Shown in pieces: positions 19,040 to 27,235 of a stretch of DNA of 64,000 bases (position 1 is its first letter; each line of letters begins with the position of its first letter). The translations under genes were made by a program, and so were the position numbers. The DNA comes from Candidatus Woesearchaeota archaeon (GTDB lineage: Archaea; Nanobdellota; Nanobdellia; Woesearchaeales; JAZDKJ01): positions 468,671 through 532,670 of the forward strand of contig JAZDKJ010000006.1 in assembly GCA_043803105.1 (NCBI GenBank), read 5' to 3'. The notes below the pieces were generated by a model. The model saw only the letters and a list, made by a program, of their open reading frames with translations, searched no databases and was not told the DNA's origin.

Positions 19040-19140
19040 AAACTTTGTTCTTGGAGTTTCCACTAATCTGAATACTTCGTTCTGGAATAAGTTTTGAAGA
19101 CTGTATCCTGGTGTGAATCACTTACTTCAATAATGCAATG
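19040..19140 (+). pseudogene. Decayed relB-relE junction fragment, truncated by the vapBC module
   Basis: Nucleotide similarity to 16,830-16,925. For example, AATCTGAATA..CTGGAATAAGTTTTGAAGA..ATCCTGGTGTGAATC..AATGCAAT matches AATCTGAATA..CTGGAATGAGTTTTGAAGT..ATCCTGATGTGAATC..AATGCAAT. The relE ATG is ATA here (19087-19089), and similarity stops at the vapC stop codon. Confidence 0.55.
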
Positions 19141-19530
19141 TTAACTTATCACTTTCAGAAATCCCGCACTATTAACTATGGATATACCTTTGAATTCTTT
19201 TCGCTTCAGAAGGTGTTTATCACCACTTACTACATAATCTGCTTTGGCCGCAGCAGCACACTCCAAAACTCTATTGTCAGCGGCATCCTCTGTGATTACA
19301 TCAAACTTCTCGTGCACTTCAATAGTTTCTGCGACTTCTTTTATTGTTTCGATCGCTTTATTAGCCATTAAGAAATGGAAGTCTCTGGACAGCACCAGCT
19401 TTATCTCATCTAATATCTCCTGTGATATCTTAATCTTGAATTTAGAACTATTTTGGACCAACCTAAATTCATTGCCTCTACATAAAAGGGCTGAAATATA
19501 GATATTAGTGTCAAGTACTACTGTCAACAC
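19141..19530 (-). CDS. vapC: PIN-domain toxin (VapC)
   Basis: MLTVVLDTNIYISALL N-terminus with acidic residues spaced as in PIN domains. Overlaps the upstream AbrB-type antitoxin gene. Confidence 0.8.
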   Translation of the reverse strand: MLTVVLDTNIYISALLCRGNEFRLVQNSSKFKIKISQEILDEIKLVLSRDFHFLMANKAIETIKEVAETIEVHEKFDVITEDAADNRVLECAAAAKADYVVSGDKHLLKRKEFKGISIVNSAGFLKVIS

Positions 19531-19804
19531 TTTTTATTCCTCTTCTTTCATGTATTATTCGGTCAACATCCTTTTCTGATTTGATTCCCATCTTTCTGGC
19601 AATCTTTCTTCCGTACATTGCAATCTTCTCAAATTCCTCAAGCGGAGGCGTTTTGATCTTCTTCAAAATCACCATGTCATCTTTGCCGTATGCTGCAAAC
19701 CTTGTGCCAGTAACTATTCCCAGCTCTTCTCGTATCTTTTGTGGTATAACAACCTGCCCCTTTACCGATGTGCTTGTAATTTCAACTTCTGTCATAAACA
19801 TCAC
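19511..19804 (-). CDS. vapB: AbrB/SpoVT-family antitoxin (VapB)
   Basis: VKGQVVIPQKIREELGIVTGTRF swapped-hairpin motif. Confidence 0.8.
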   Translation of the reverse strand: MMFMTEVEITSTSVKGQVVIPQKIREELGIVTGTRFAAYGKDDMVILKKIKTPPLEEFEKIAMYGRKIARKMGIKSEKDVDRIIHERRGIKSVDSST

Positions 19805-20007
19805 CAGTAGGATTGTAATACTTTCCTACTTATAAATCTATGGTTGTCATCTTTCACTTCAGTTAAAATTAGCTGCTTAAAATAAGAATGGCTGCTAATT
19901 TCGGAATTCTTACACCCTAATTGAAATTTTCCAGGCGGTCGGCTACAAGTCCCTTTACCAGAAAAACACCAAAAAGCTTAAATAAACATATAATTGTATA
20001 ATAAAAT

Positions 20008-20544
20008 ATGCAATTGTATAATAAACCAAACAATGAAGCCTCGGTCTTAAGGCTCCTGTTTGAAAATCCTACCAGGAAATTCTATATCAGGGAGTTGGCA
20101 AGGCTTCTCAAGCTCAATCCCAATACAGTAATCAACATTACCAAAAGATTAGAAAAACAAAACCTCATTAAGAGAGAAAAAAAACGGCATGTGACCGAAA
20201 TATTGTCTAACATTGAAAACAAAGTATATATTGAAAAAAAAAGGGTTTTCAACCTTGCGAGATTATACGAATCAGGCATTGTGAGCTTCCTCGAGGAAAA
20301 TTTCTCTCCTAAGGCGGTAGTTGTCATCGGAAGCTATAGCAGGGGCGAGGACATTGAGAGAAGTGATGTGGATATAGTTGTGATAACAAATAAGAAAGAA
20401 AAAGACCTTGATTTGAGTCGCTTTGAGAAGTTTCTTTCCAGGAAAATGCATGTACTTTGCGGAAATATTGATGTTTTTTCCGACGAATTCTACACAAATG
20501 TTATTAACGGAATAATTCTTAGTGGTTACTTGGAACAGAAATGA
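20008..20544 (+). CDS. Minimal nucleotidyltransferase (MNT) with N-terminal wHTH
   Basis: VVVIGSYSRGEDIERSDVDIVVI and FYIRELARLLKLNPNTVINITKRLEKQNLI. Same architecture as 1518..2102 and 30538..31107. Confidence 0.75.
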   Translation: MQLYNKPNNEASVLRLLFENPTRKFYIRELARLLKLNPNTVINITKRLEKQNLIKREKKRHVTEILSNIENKVYIEKKRVFNLARLYESGIVSFLEENFSPKAVVVIGSYSRGEDIERSDVDIVVITNKKEKDLDLSRFEKFLSRKMHVLCGNIDVFSDEFYTNVINGIILSGYLEQK

Positions 20545-20651
20545 AGCCTTTTGAATATTATCTGGAAACAAACGAAGTTAGGAAAATCCATGAAGGTATT
20601 GGACTAGCAAGGTCTACTTATAAATTTGGTCGTGATGGTCAAAGTCAATGA
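20541..20651 (+). pseudogene. Probable truncated HEPN partner of the MNT (36 codons)
   Basis: ATGA overlap with the MNT stop, as in intact MNT-HEPN pairs. The frame (MKPFEYYLETNEVRKIHEGIGLARSTYKFGRDGQSQ) ends inside the 3' end of the convergent relE-like gene. Confidence 0.4.
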
Positions 20652-20870
20652 ACCTTATCCTGTTTTCTTCCTTGCTGAATTGGAATATTAGCACAAAGTG
20701 TCCAACGTGAATCCTTTTCCTGTCTTTCATGTCATATCTGAGATTCTTATAGTGCTCCACATCTTGGCAGTTAATCACTTCTTCAATCTTTTTCAGGACT
20801 CTCTCGTACAACAGTCTGTCTTTATTTGATAGTTTATTGAGAACTTCTTTTAGGTGAGGGACAATCTCAT
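20614..20870 (-). pseudogene. RelE/ParE-like toxin with an apparent 1-nt frameshift at codon 2
   Basis: The toxin-like frame (..YEIVPHLKEVLNKLSNKDRLLYERVLKKIEE...RIHVGHFVLIFQF...FIDFDHHDQIYK) is open from 20900 but has no ATG/GTG/TTG before the TTG at 20811. The only ATG (20870, 11 nt after the antitoxin stop) is one base out of frame and reaches TAA after 6 codons. Confidence 0.5.
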
Positions 20871-20881
20871 ATGAATACTTT

Positions 20882-21121
20882 CTATCCCTCGATGACCTTT
20901 CTAAGCTGTCCTATATTTCTGAAAGGAATTCCCTTCTGTTTTTCTAGCTTTTTCAGTTTTTCTATGTACTTTGGTCTCAATTCGGGTTCGAGGAGTTCTT
21001 CCTTGTATTGGTGTGCCATGATATTGATTGCCGCGCTTTTGTCCTTCAATCCGTATTTAGCTTTGACAATGTTAAGCACCCTGTTTGTATCTTCATCAAT
21101 CCTGATAATTGCCTGTACCAT
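20882..21121 (-). CDS. Ribbon-helix-helix antitoxin-like protein
   Basis: MVQAIIRIDEDTNRVLNIVKAKYGLKDKSAAINIMAHQY has a beta-alpha-alpha pattern. Lies directly upstream of the relE-like gene. Confidence 0.6.
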   Translation of the reverse strand: MVQAIIRIDEDTNRVLNIVKAKYGLKDKSAAINIMAHQYKEELLEPELRPKYIEKLKKLEKQKGIPFRNIGQLRKVIEG

Positions 21122-21218
21122 AATATCACCTTAATATCTTATTAATACCATGTTAATATATAAACTTTTTGCTCGACTCGCATAACATTTATTAACTCAG
21201 AATCCTTCCACAGCTTTA

Positions 21219-22370
21219 ATGGATTATGGCAAGGAATCAATAAAGCTCCATGAACAGCATAAAGGCAAGCTGGAAATTCGTTCTAAAGTAAGCATTAAGA
21301 CAAAGGACGACTTAAGCATTGCCTACACCCCTGGGGTTGCTTATGTCTGCATGGAGATAGCTAAGGATAAGTCAAGGGTTTTCGACCTTACCCTAAAAGC
21401 AAACAGCGTTGCTGTAGTCACAGACGGCACTGCAGTCTTAGGCCTGGGAAACATCGGCCCTTATGCTTCTATTCCTGTCATGGAAGGTAAGGCAATCCTT
21501 TTCAAGGAGTTTGCAGATATTGATGCATTCCCATTGGCTTTAGACACAAAGGATATTGTGGCTACAGTCAAGGCAATCGCGCCAGTCTTCGGAGGAATTA
21601 ATCTTGAGGATATCAAGGCCCCTGAATGCTTTGAGATTGAAGCGCAGTTGCAAGACTTAGGCATTCCTGTGATGCATGATGACCAGCACGGGACAGCTGT
21701 TGTTGTACTGGCAGCCTTGATTAATGCATTGAAAGTTGTTAACAAGAGCATGTCTGAAGTTACCATCGTGATAAGCGGTGCAGGTGCTGCTGGTATAGCA
21801 AGCACAAAGCTCTTGTTGAGCCTAACAGAGAAGCCGAAAGATATCATAGTTCTTGACAGTCAGGGCGCAATATATGAAGGAAGGCAGGACCTTAACAAAT
21901 ACAAGGAAGAATTAGCCAAATCAACGAACAAGCAAAGCCTCAAAGGCACCTTGGAGCAAGTCATCAAGGGTGCAGACGTTTTTATCGGAGTATCAAAAGG
22001 CAACATTCTCTCACAGCAAGCAGTTGCCACAATGGCCAAGGACTCAATAGTATTTGCTATGGCTAACCCTATCCCTGAGATAATGCCTGACAAAGCTTTG
22101 GCTGGAGGGGCTGCTGTTGTTGGCACTGGGAGGAGTGATTTTCCGAACCAGATAAATAATGTGCTTGCCTTTCCAGGCATCTTTAGGGGTGCCTTGGATT
22201 GTAGAGCCAAGGCAATAACCCAGGATATGAAGCTTGCTGCTGCCCATGCATTGGCTGATTATCTTAAGAATCCTGCAAAGGATAATATACTACCAAGCAC
22301 TTTAGATAAAAATGTTGCGAAGGCTGTTGCTGACGCAGTCAAGAAGGCTGCAGAACCGGCAAAGGTTTAA
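21219..22370 (+). CDS. NAD(P)-dependent malic enzyme (short form)
   Basis: LSIAYTPGVA, DGTAVLGLGNIGP, INLEDIKAPECFEIE, HDDQHGTAVVVLAAL and the Rossmann motif ISGAGAAGIA. Confidence 0.9.
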   Translation: MDYGKESIKLHEQHKGKLEIRSKVSIKTKDDLSIAYTPGVAYVCMEIAKDKSRVFDLTLKANSVAVVTDGTAVLGLGNIGPYASIPVMEGKAILFKEFADIDAFPLALDTKDIVATVKAIAPVFGGINLEDIKAPECFEIEAQLQDLGIPVMHDDQHGTAVVVLAALINALKVVNKSMSEVTIVISGAGAAGIASTKLLLSLTEKPKDIIVLDSQGAIYEGRQDLNKYKEELAKSTNKQSLKGTLEQVIKGADVFIGVSKGNILSQQAVATMAKDSIVFAMANPIPEIMPDKALAGGAAVVGTGRSDFPNQINNVLAFPGIFRGALDCRAKAITQDMKLAAAHALADYLKNPAKDNILPSTLDKNVAKAVADAVKKAAEPAKV

Positions 22371-22399
22371 ATAGGAGATTAACTCAAACCATACTTAAG

Positions 22400-22600
22400 A
22401 TGAAAATAACCGTAATCTTGGAAAAGCAGGAGGAAGGTGGCTTCACTGCCTTTGTCCCTTCCTTGCCTGGCTGCATCTCCGAAGGAGACACAAAGCAAGA
22501 GGCCTTGAAAAACATCAAGGAAGCAATTGAACTTTATCTAGAGCCAGACACAAATGAGTTGGTTGGTTACTGTGGTGAAAAGTTCAAAGTCTCAGTCTGA
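22400..22600 (+). CDS. hicB: HicB-family antitoxin
   Basis: EEGGFTAFVPSLPGCISEGDTKQEALKNIKEAIELYLE. Confidence 0.85.
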   Translation: MKITVILEKQEEGGFTAFVPSLPGCISEGDTKQEALKNIKEAIELYLEPDTNELVGYCGEKFKVSV

Positions 22601-22824
22601 TGAAATTGCCTGTCATTTCTGGAATCGCACTAATAAGCTGTTTGAAGAAGGCAGGCTTTATTGCCACTAGGCAAAAAGGCTCTCACGTAAGGTTGGAGAA
22701 ATTTGATGGAGAAAAGACCTTGAAGATAACTGTGCCATTGCACGCTGAACTGAAGAAAGGCACCCTGACAAGGATAATGAAAGACGCTGGCTTGACAAGG
22801 GAGCAATTTGATGAGCTTAACTGA
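22600..22824 (+). CDS. hicA: HicA-family toxin
   Basis: GFIATRQKGSHVRLEK...ITVPLHAELKKGTLTRIMKDAGLT. Overlaps the hicB stop. Confidence 0.85.
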   Translation: MKLPVISGIALISCLKKAGFIATRQKGSHVRLEKFDGEKTLKITVPLHAELKKGTLTRIMKDAGLTREQFDELN

Positions 22825-22833
22825 GGTCGCAAA

Positions 22834-23289
22834 ATGAAAACACATCTTGTTGTTGAGGGTTTACTTTTTCACAAAGGCAAATTGCTCTTGATCAACCATA
22901 AGAAATCTGGCTTGTGGATGGGCATTGGTGGCCATATTGCTGAAGATGAAACCCCTGACCAGGCCTTGAAGCGTGAGTTCAAGGAAGAGATGAATCTTGA
23001 CATCGAGATTCTCAACAGGAATGACCTTCCGAAGAACGGCAACATTATTGCGCAACTAGCCTTGCCATTTTATGTCAACGTGCATAATGTAGGCACTCAT
23101 AACCATTGCTGCTTTTTCTACCTCTGCAGTGCAAAGAACCTTAACAGGATCAAGCCAAGGCCGAGCGAAATTGCTGACTTTGCTTGGTTTAGTAAGCAGG
23201 ACCTGAAGCAAAGCCGGGTTCCTCCTGATGTGAGAAACATTGCCTTAAAAGCGTTTCAATTGACAGAGCAAAATAAAAGAAAATCGTGA
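22834..23289 (+). CDS. NUDIX hydrolase
   Basis: Nudix box GIGGHIAEDETPDQALKREFKEEMNLDI. Confidence 0.85.
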   Translation: MKTHLVVEGLLFHKGKLLLINHKKSGLWMGIGGHIAEDETPDQALKREFKEEMNLDIEILNRNDLPKNGNIIAQLALPFYVNVHNVGTHNHCCFFYLCSAKNLNRIKPRPSEIADFAWFSKQDLKQSRVPPDVRNIALKAFQLTEQNKRKS

Positions 23290-23290
23290 C

Positions 23291-23926
23291 TTAGAGAATT
23301 CTTTTCAATTCAAGCAAGGAATGGATTACATTCTTTCCCTTGGCCTTTTTTGTCCTGTCCAAAAGAAATGATTTGATGCCGAGCTCAGTTGGCATAACGT
23401 AGTCTAACTGCCTGTCATCTCCGATGTGCACTATCTCGCTAGGTTTTATCTTCAGCTTTTTTAGTATGGCCCTGAACATTTCCTTGTCTTTCCGAGTTCT
23501 ATTGAAGGATGTGGGAGCTGAAAATACATGGTCAAAGTATTTGCTTAATTCTTCTGCCTCAAGTTTTAGCTCAAAGAACTTTTTCTCAGAGTTTGAGGTA
23601 ATAATCAGTTTATACTTCTTCTTCAAATAATCAAGCGTTGGGATAGTGTCATCAAAGACAAATATGTGCTTTTTCATGTCAGAAAGAAGCTTCTGCCAAT
23701 TCCCCAATTTTAGCCTCTTGAACCAGTATGTTATGCTTGTCCATTGGCTTACCCTTTCTATATCCAATGCCCTATAATATTGGGAATAAACGAATTGTTT
23801 GGCTTCAGCAACGCCAATCTTGTGTTGCTTTGCATAAAGCTTAGGCACCTCTTCGTGCCAAATGAGCTTGTCAAACTTGTCATTGACAAGCGTTGCGTCC
23901 AGGTCAAACGAAACATACTTTATCAT
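23291..23926 (-). CDS. HAD-superfamily hydrolase
   Basis: Motif I FDLDATLV, motif II ITSNS, motif IV HIGDD. Confidence 0.8.
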   Translation of the reverse strand: MIKYVSFDLDATLVNDKFDKLIWHEEVPKLYAKQHKIGVAEAKQFVYSQYYRALDIERVSQWTSITYWFKRLKLGNWQKLLSDMKKHIFVFDDTIPTLDYLKKKYKLIITSNSEKKFFELKLEAEELSKYFDHVFSAPTSFNRTRKDKEMFRAILKKLKIKPSEIVHIGDDRQLDYVMPTELGIKSFLLDRTKKAKGKNVIHSLLELKRIL

Positions 23927-24005
23927 GACTGCTGGAGTAAATCAGTCCTTTATATTTCTTGCCAATCCCAAAAGCTTTTTAAGGTGCATTGCTATTTTTA
24001 TGCCA

Positions 24006-24428
24006 ATGGCAAACATTGAAAACGGTAAAATTCTTGGAACAGGCCTTAATTCAAACAAGGTACTCTGCAACAAGGTAGTTGACCAGTTGTACAAACTAAG
24101 TGCTGGCATCTCCTTAAATGAAGAAATGCTAAACGATCCTACAAGGGAGCGCATTGAATCCTTGAGAAAGCTTGGTTTCTATACAGTGCAAGAGGGAAGC
24201 ATACATCTAAGCGAGGAGTATCATTCTGCAACCTCATGCCTGGACTATGCAAATAGGCTAATGCGCGTTGGTCTCACTCCATATATTCTGGAACGAAGGT
24301 ATTCCAGAACAGGTTCACAATTTTGGATAGGTATAACCGAAACTGTTCTTGAGTCAATTATTGCTGGAGAAATCCAACCTGCCTGCAGGCTTGAGCCAAA
24401 GGTTGCAGCCCTCCATCCAGAACCATAA
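24006..24428 (+). CDS. Hypothetical protein
   Basis: ATG 24006 lies ~30 nt downstream of the TATA-like CTTTTTAAGG. No motif recognised. Confidence 0.4.
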   Translation: MANIENGKILGTGLNSNKVLCNKVVDQLYKLSAGISLNEEMLNDPTRERIESLRKLGFYTVQEGSIHLSEEYHSATSCLDYANRLMRVGLTPYILERRYSRTGSQFWIGITETVLESIIAGEIQPACRLEPKVAALHPEP

Positions 24429-24462
24429 TCAATTTAAAGGTTTAGCTGATTTTTTCTGCTGC

Positions 24463-24876
24463 ATGAGATACGAGCGAGGCAGAGATGGTGTTCCTCAAAT
24501 TGTTTGGGAGAAACAGGACGAGGACCTGTACTTTGCTGTTGAACGTGGAGATGTCTTCGCAGACCTTTGCTACAGTCTTATGCAGTTAAAGCTTGTTCAC
24601 GACTACATAAAAAAACAACAGACTGTTCACGTCGCTTCAGCCAGGCAATTAAAGGCAGCGCTCCTAAATTTTGATTTCTATTATGAGGAATTGAAAGTCA
24701 CTCACCGACGGTCAAGCTCACTTCGGATGCCTGAGGTGACCATTGATTCCGTGCTCGAGGCTTTTAATGAAAAAAACACTAATTATGTGATGGATGTTGC
24801 AGCATGCGTTCGCTCAGAGCAGCGCAAGGCTATGGCAAGGCTTTACAATCTTGATTCTGCTTCATATATAGTCTAG
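24463..24876 (+). CDS. Hypothetical protein
   Basis: ATG 24463 lies ~22 nt downstream of CAATTTAAAGG. No motif recognised. Confidence 0.4.
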   Translation: MRYERGRDGVPQIVWEKQDEDLYFAVERGDVFADLCYSLMQLKLVHDYIKKQQTVHVASARQLKAALLNFDFYYEELKVTHRRSSSLRMPEVTIDSVLEAFNEKNTNYVMDVAACVRSEQRKAMARLYNLDSASYIV

Positions 24877-25313
24877 AATTTGTAAAGGTTAAGCCCTATC
24901 TCTTTTGAAAATTCCCTCTCAAGATTCCCGTCTACCACATCAATAACTGCCTCGAAAGTTGCGCTAACTGTTGCAGAATTTAGGTGTCCGCTGATTGATT
25001 TGTTATCTTTGTCTCCGATGTTGGCGTGCAGGTGTAGGTAGACCTCTCCCTTCATTGTCGTTATGTTGCCTGTGAGCGGGCATATCTCATAGTCGCCAGT
25101 GTATTCATTTGAATGGTATTTCTTTGTCTGCGTGTCAAACAAGCCGAGCGTAACCTTGCCTGCTGCCCCTATCCCTGTTACTGTGCCGAGCCTTATGCTG
25201 TTGTCCTGGCAGAACTTTTTCAATACCTGAACTATTTCCTCGCCCTTATCTATCCTTAGCATGAACCTGTCCCTAAATTGCCTGTAGTCCATCGTTGACA
25301 AATAAGAACTCAA
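24873..25313 (-). CDS. PPC (DUF296) domain protein
   Basis: VTGIGAAGKVTLGLFD...YEICPLTGNIT...VYLHLHANIG...ISGHLNSATVSATFEAVI matches the PPC-domain pattern. Confidence 0.7.
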   Translation of the reverse strand: MSSYLSTMDYRQFRDRFMLRIDKGEEIVQVLKKFCQDNSIRLGTVTGIGAAGKVTLGLFDTQTKKYHSNEYTGDYEICPLTGNITTMKGEVYLHLHANIGDKDNKSISGHLNSATVSATFEAVIDVVDGNLEREFSKEIGLNLYKF

Positions 25314-25317
25314 CTAT

Positions 25318-25722
25318 TTAAATGCTTCTAGGTTGTGCTGCCAGCAAACTCTTGAATGCATCAATCACTTTTTGTTCGAATTCTGAACTCCTTTTGTCTA
25401 TGAGCCCGTTTCCTCCTACTTCAAGCATCAATGCATATGTATCACGATGGAAGTTTGTTACAAGGTATGCTGGCGTTCTGTCTCCTGCTTCCCTTAAGTC
25501 TCTGATGACCTCAAGCCCTGAGTGAATTGGCATCTGAAAATCCAGAAAGATGCCATTGTATCCATTCCTGTTTGCTTCTATCCAGGCTTCCCCTCCATCC
25601 TTAACATAATCTAGTATTACCTCGGCTCCCTCTTCAACTGCAGCTTTTGAAATTGCGGCAAGAGTTCTTTTGCCTTCTTCAAAATTGTCATCCGCTATAA
25701 GAATTCTCAGCACTTTCTCCAT
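25318..25722 (-). CDS. Stand-alone response-regulator receiver (CheY-like REC) domain protein
   Basis: ILIADDN acidic pair, phospho-acceptor context IFLDFQMP, YLVTN and LIDKR conserved positions. No output domain. Confidence 0.8.
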   Translation of the reverse strand: MEKVLRILIADDNFEEGKRTLAAISKAAVEEGAEVILDYVKDGGEAWIEANRNGYNGIFLDFQMPIHSGLEVIRDLREAGDRTPAYLVTNFHRDTYALMLEVGGNGLIDKRSSEFEQKVIDAFKSLLAAQPRSI

Positions 25723-25759
25723 AGGCAGGTGTGCCTTTTATTTCTTATAAAGCTTTTGC

Positions 25760-26293
25760 CTACCTTATATGGCCTTTTGGAATCCGCAGCTTTTGGTTGA
25801 CAAATATCTTGTCTCCTGCAAGCCTGTTGTATTCCTTAAGCTTTCTCCAATTCCGCTTGTCCTTTGTATATCTCTCGGAAATCGTCTGGAGTGTGTCCCC
25901 TTTTTGCACCCTGTATTCCATGTCCTGCGCTGCATTGACATTCCGTGTCTCTGTTCTTGTTAAATATAGTAGCCCACATGTTCCTAATCCAAATGCGGTG
26001 GCAATGGCTACAGCCTTCCTTACCATGCCCTGCCACACCGCAGGCTCTTTGTGCTCTTCCCGAGGTGCATAGAGCCTCTCCTCACCAAGATTCTTCATCA
26101 TGCAGTACATCCTGAGTGTTGACCTTAGCTGTTCCATCTCTCTGCTCTTATCTGCCGGATATTCCCTCGCAAGCTGGTGTATGCCCCTTATTCTTTCAAG
26201 CATTTCTTCGTTTAACCCTGTCCTGTAGGTCTGCACAAGGTAATCAACGCCTTCCTTCACTTTGTCTGTAAGCTCTTCATGCATCATCATCAC
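25760..26293 (-). CDS. Membrane-anchored LysM-domain protein
   Basis: Cytoplasmic N-domain, TM helix AVAIATAFGLGTCGLLYL, then C-terminal LysM YRVQKGDTLQTISERYTKDKRNWRKLKEYNRLAGDKIFVNQKLRIP. Confidence 0.75.
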   Translation of the reverse strand: MMMMHEELTDKVKEGVDYLVQTYRTGLNEEMLERIRGIHQLAREYPADKSREMEQLRSTLRMYCMMKNLGEERLYAPREEHKEPAVWQGMVRKAVAIATAFGLGTCGLLYLTRTETRNVNAAQDMEYRVQKGDTLQTISERYTKDKRNWRKLKEYNRLAGDKIFVNQKLRIPKGHIR

Positions 26294-26820
26294 CCGATTA
26301 CTTTTTCGCAGTATTTTCTTGCTGTTTCATCCCTGATCTGTTTCCTCACAGTTGTCTTGTACAAATCATACAGGTTTACAAGACTTCCGTACTTTAGCAC
26401 AATACCTATTGCTTCGTTTACAGCAAAGACTGCAATGCTTTGCTTATCTCTGGTCTTGAAAAAATACCTGGCCCAGAATCCTGCTTTCCAAACTACCTCC
26501 ACTGCCTTGATTGTGTAAAAAATGCTCATCGCGTTCAGGCACCTAATTCCTGTTTCTATAGGCGCAAGCGCATACTCCAGATTGTCGATTCTGGCTGCAG
26601 TGTCGTAGAGCGCTTTGTATTCCTTGGCTGTCTCCGCATAGAGGCCGAGAAGCCAATCCTGCTTGAGCCTTGGTTCCGTGCTCACTGAATTGTGTATTGC
26701 ATCGTTTTCCCTGATTATTTTCTCGATTTCTGATTCTTGATCTATTGCTTTAGGCAAGAAAGCTTGCTCAATCATTTCCAGGCGTCTTTCAGCCATGCTA
26801 AACAAAACCGCTAATCCCAT
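26290..26820 (-). CDS. Hypothetical protein (operon member)
   Basis: Overlaps both neighbours. No motif recognised. Confidence 0.45.
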   Translation of the reverse strand: MGLAVLFSMAERRLEMIEQAFLPKAIDQESEIEKIIRENDAIHNSVSTEPRLKQDWLLGLYAETAKEYKALYDTAARIDNLEYALAPIETGIRCLNAMSIFYTIKAVEVVWKAGFWARYFFKTRDKQSIAVFAVNEAIGIVLKYGSLVNLYDLYKTTVRKQIRDETARKYCEKVIG

Positions 26821-27235
26821 TTTCTTCTATCCTCTTTTGTCTTTCATAGCAATCCCTTACCTCTTTGTCAAGTGTTTGCTCTATCTGTCTCGTTCTCTGA
26901 TACTGTTCCCCTTCGCATGCAGCCAAATTGATTAAAACAGAATTTGGCAGTCTGATTCCTGTCATTCCCTTTGCAGAAGCTATTACAGCCTCTATTGTTA
27001 GTGCAATCTTGTTGCTGACCTCAACCAAATCATTTCTTATGATTGCATTTTCAAGTCCTTTGAGCTGCTGCTTCAAGTGCTGCCTGTACAACGGGCTTAA
27101 GGATTTGGCATAGTCACCGGTTAGCTCTCTGTATCTCTTGTATTGATTCTCAAAGTCTTTGCCTTTTAGCATCCCGGTGACTAGCTTGCTGTAGGCTTTA
27201 ACGCAGCCAATGCATTTTTTTCTTATCTCATCCAT
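26798..27235 (-). CDS. Hypothetical helical protein (operon member)
   Basis: Overlaps both neighbours. No motif recognised. Confidence 0.45.
   Translation of the reverse strand: MDEIRKKCIGCVKAYSKLVTGMLKGKDFENQYKRYRELTGDYAKSLSPLYRQHLKQQLKGLENAIIRNDLVEVSNKIALTIEAVIASAKGMTGIRLPNSVLINLAACEGEQYQRTRQIEQTLDKEVRDCYERQKRIEENGISGFV

Noticed and set aside
24006-24876. The two ORFs overlap as open frames for ~80 nt, which suggested one frameshifted gene.
   Set aside because: The second ORF has its own ATG (24463) about 22 nt downstream of a TATA-like CAATTTAAAGG. Two separate small genes is the simpler reading, though this is unresolved without homologues.
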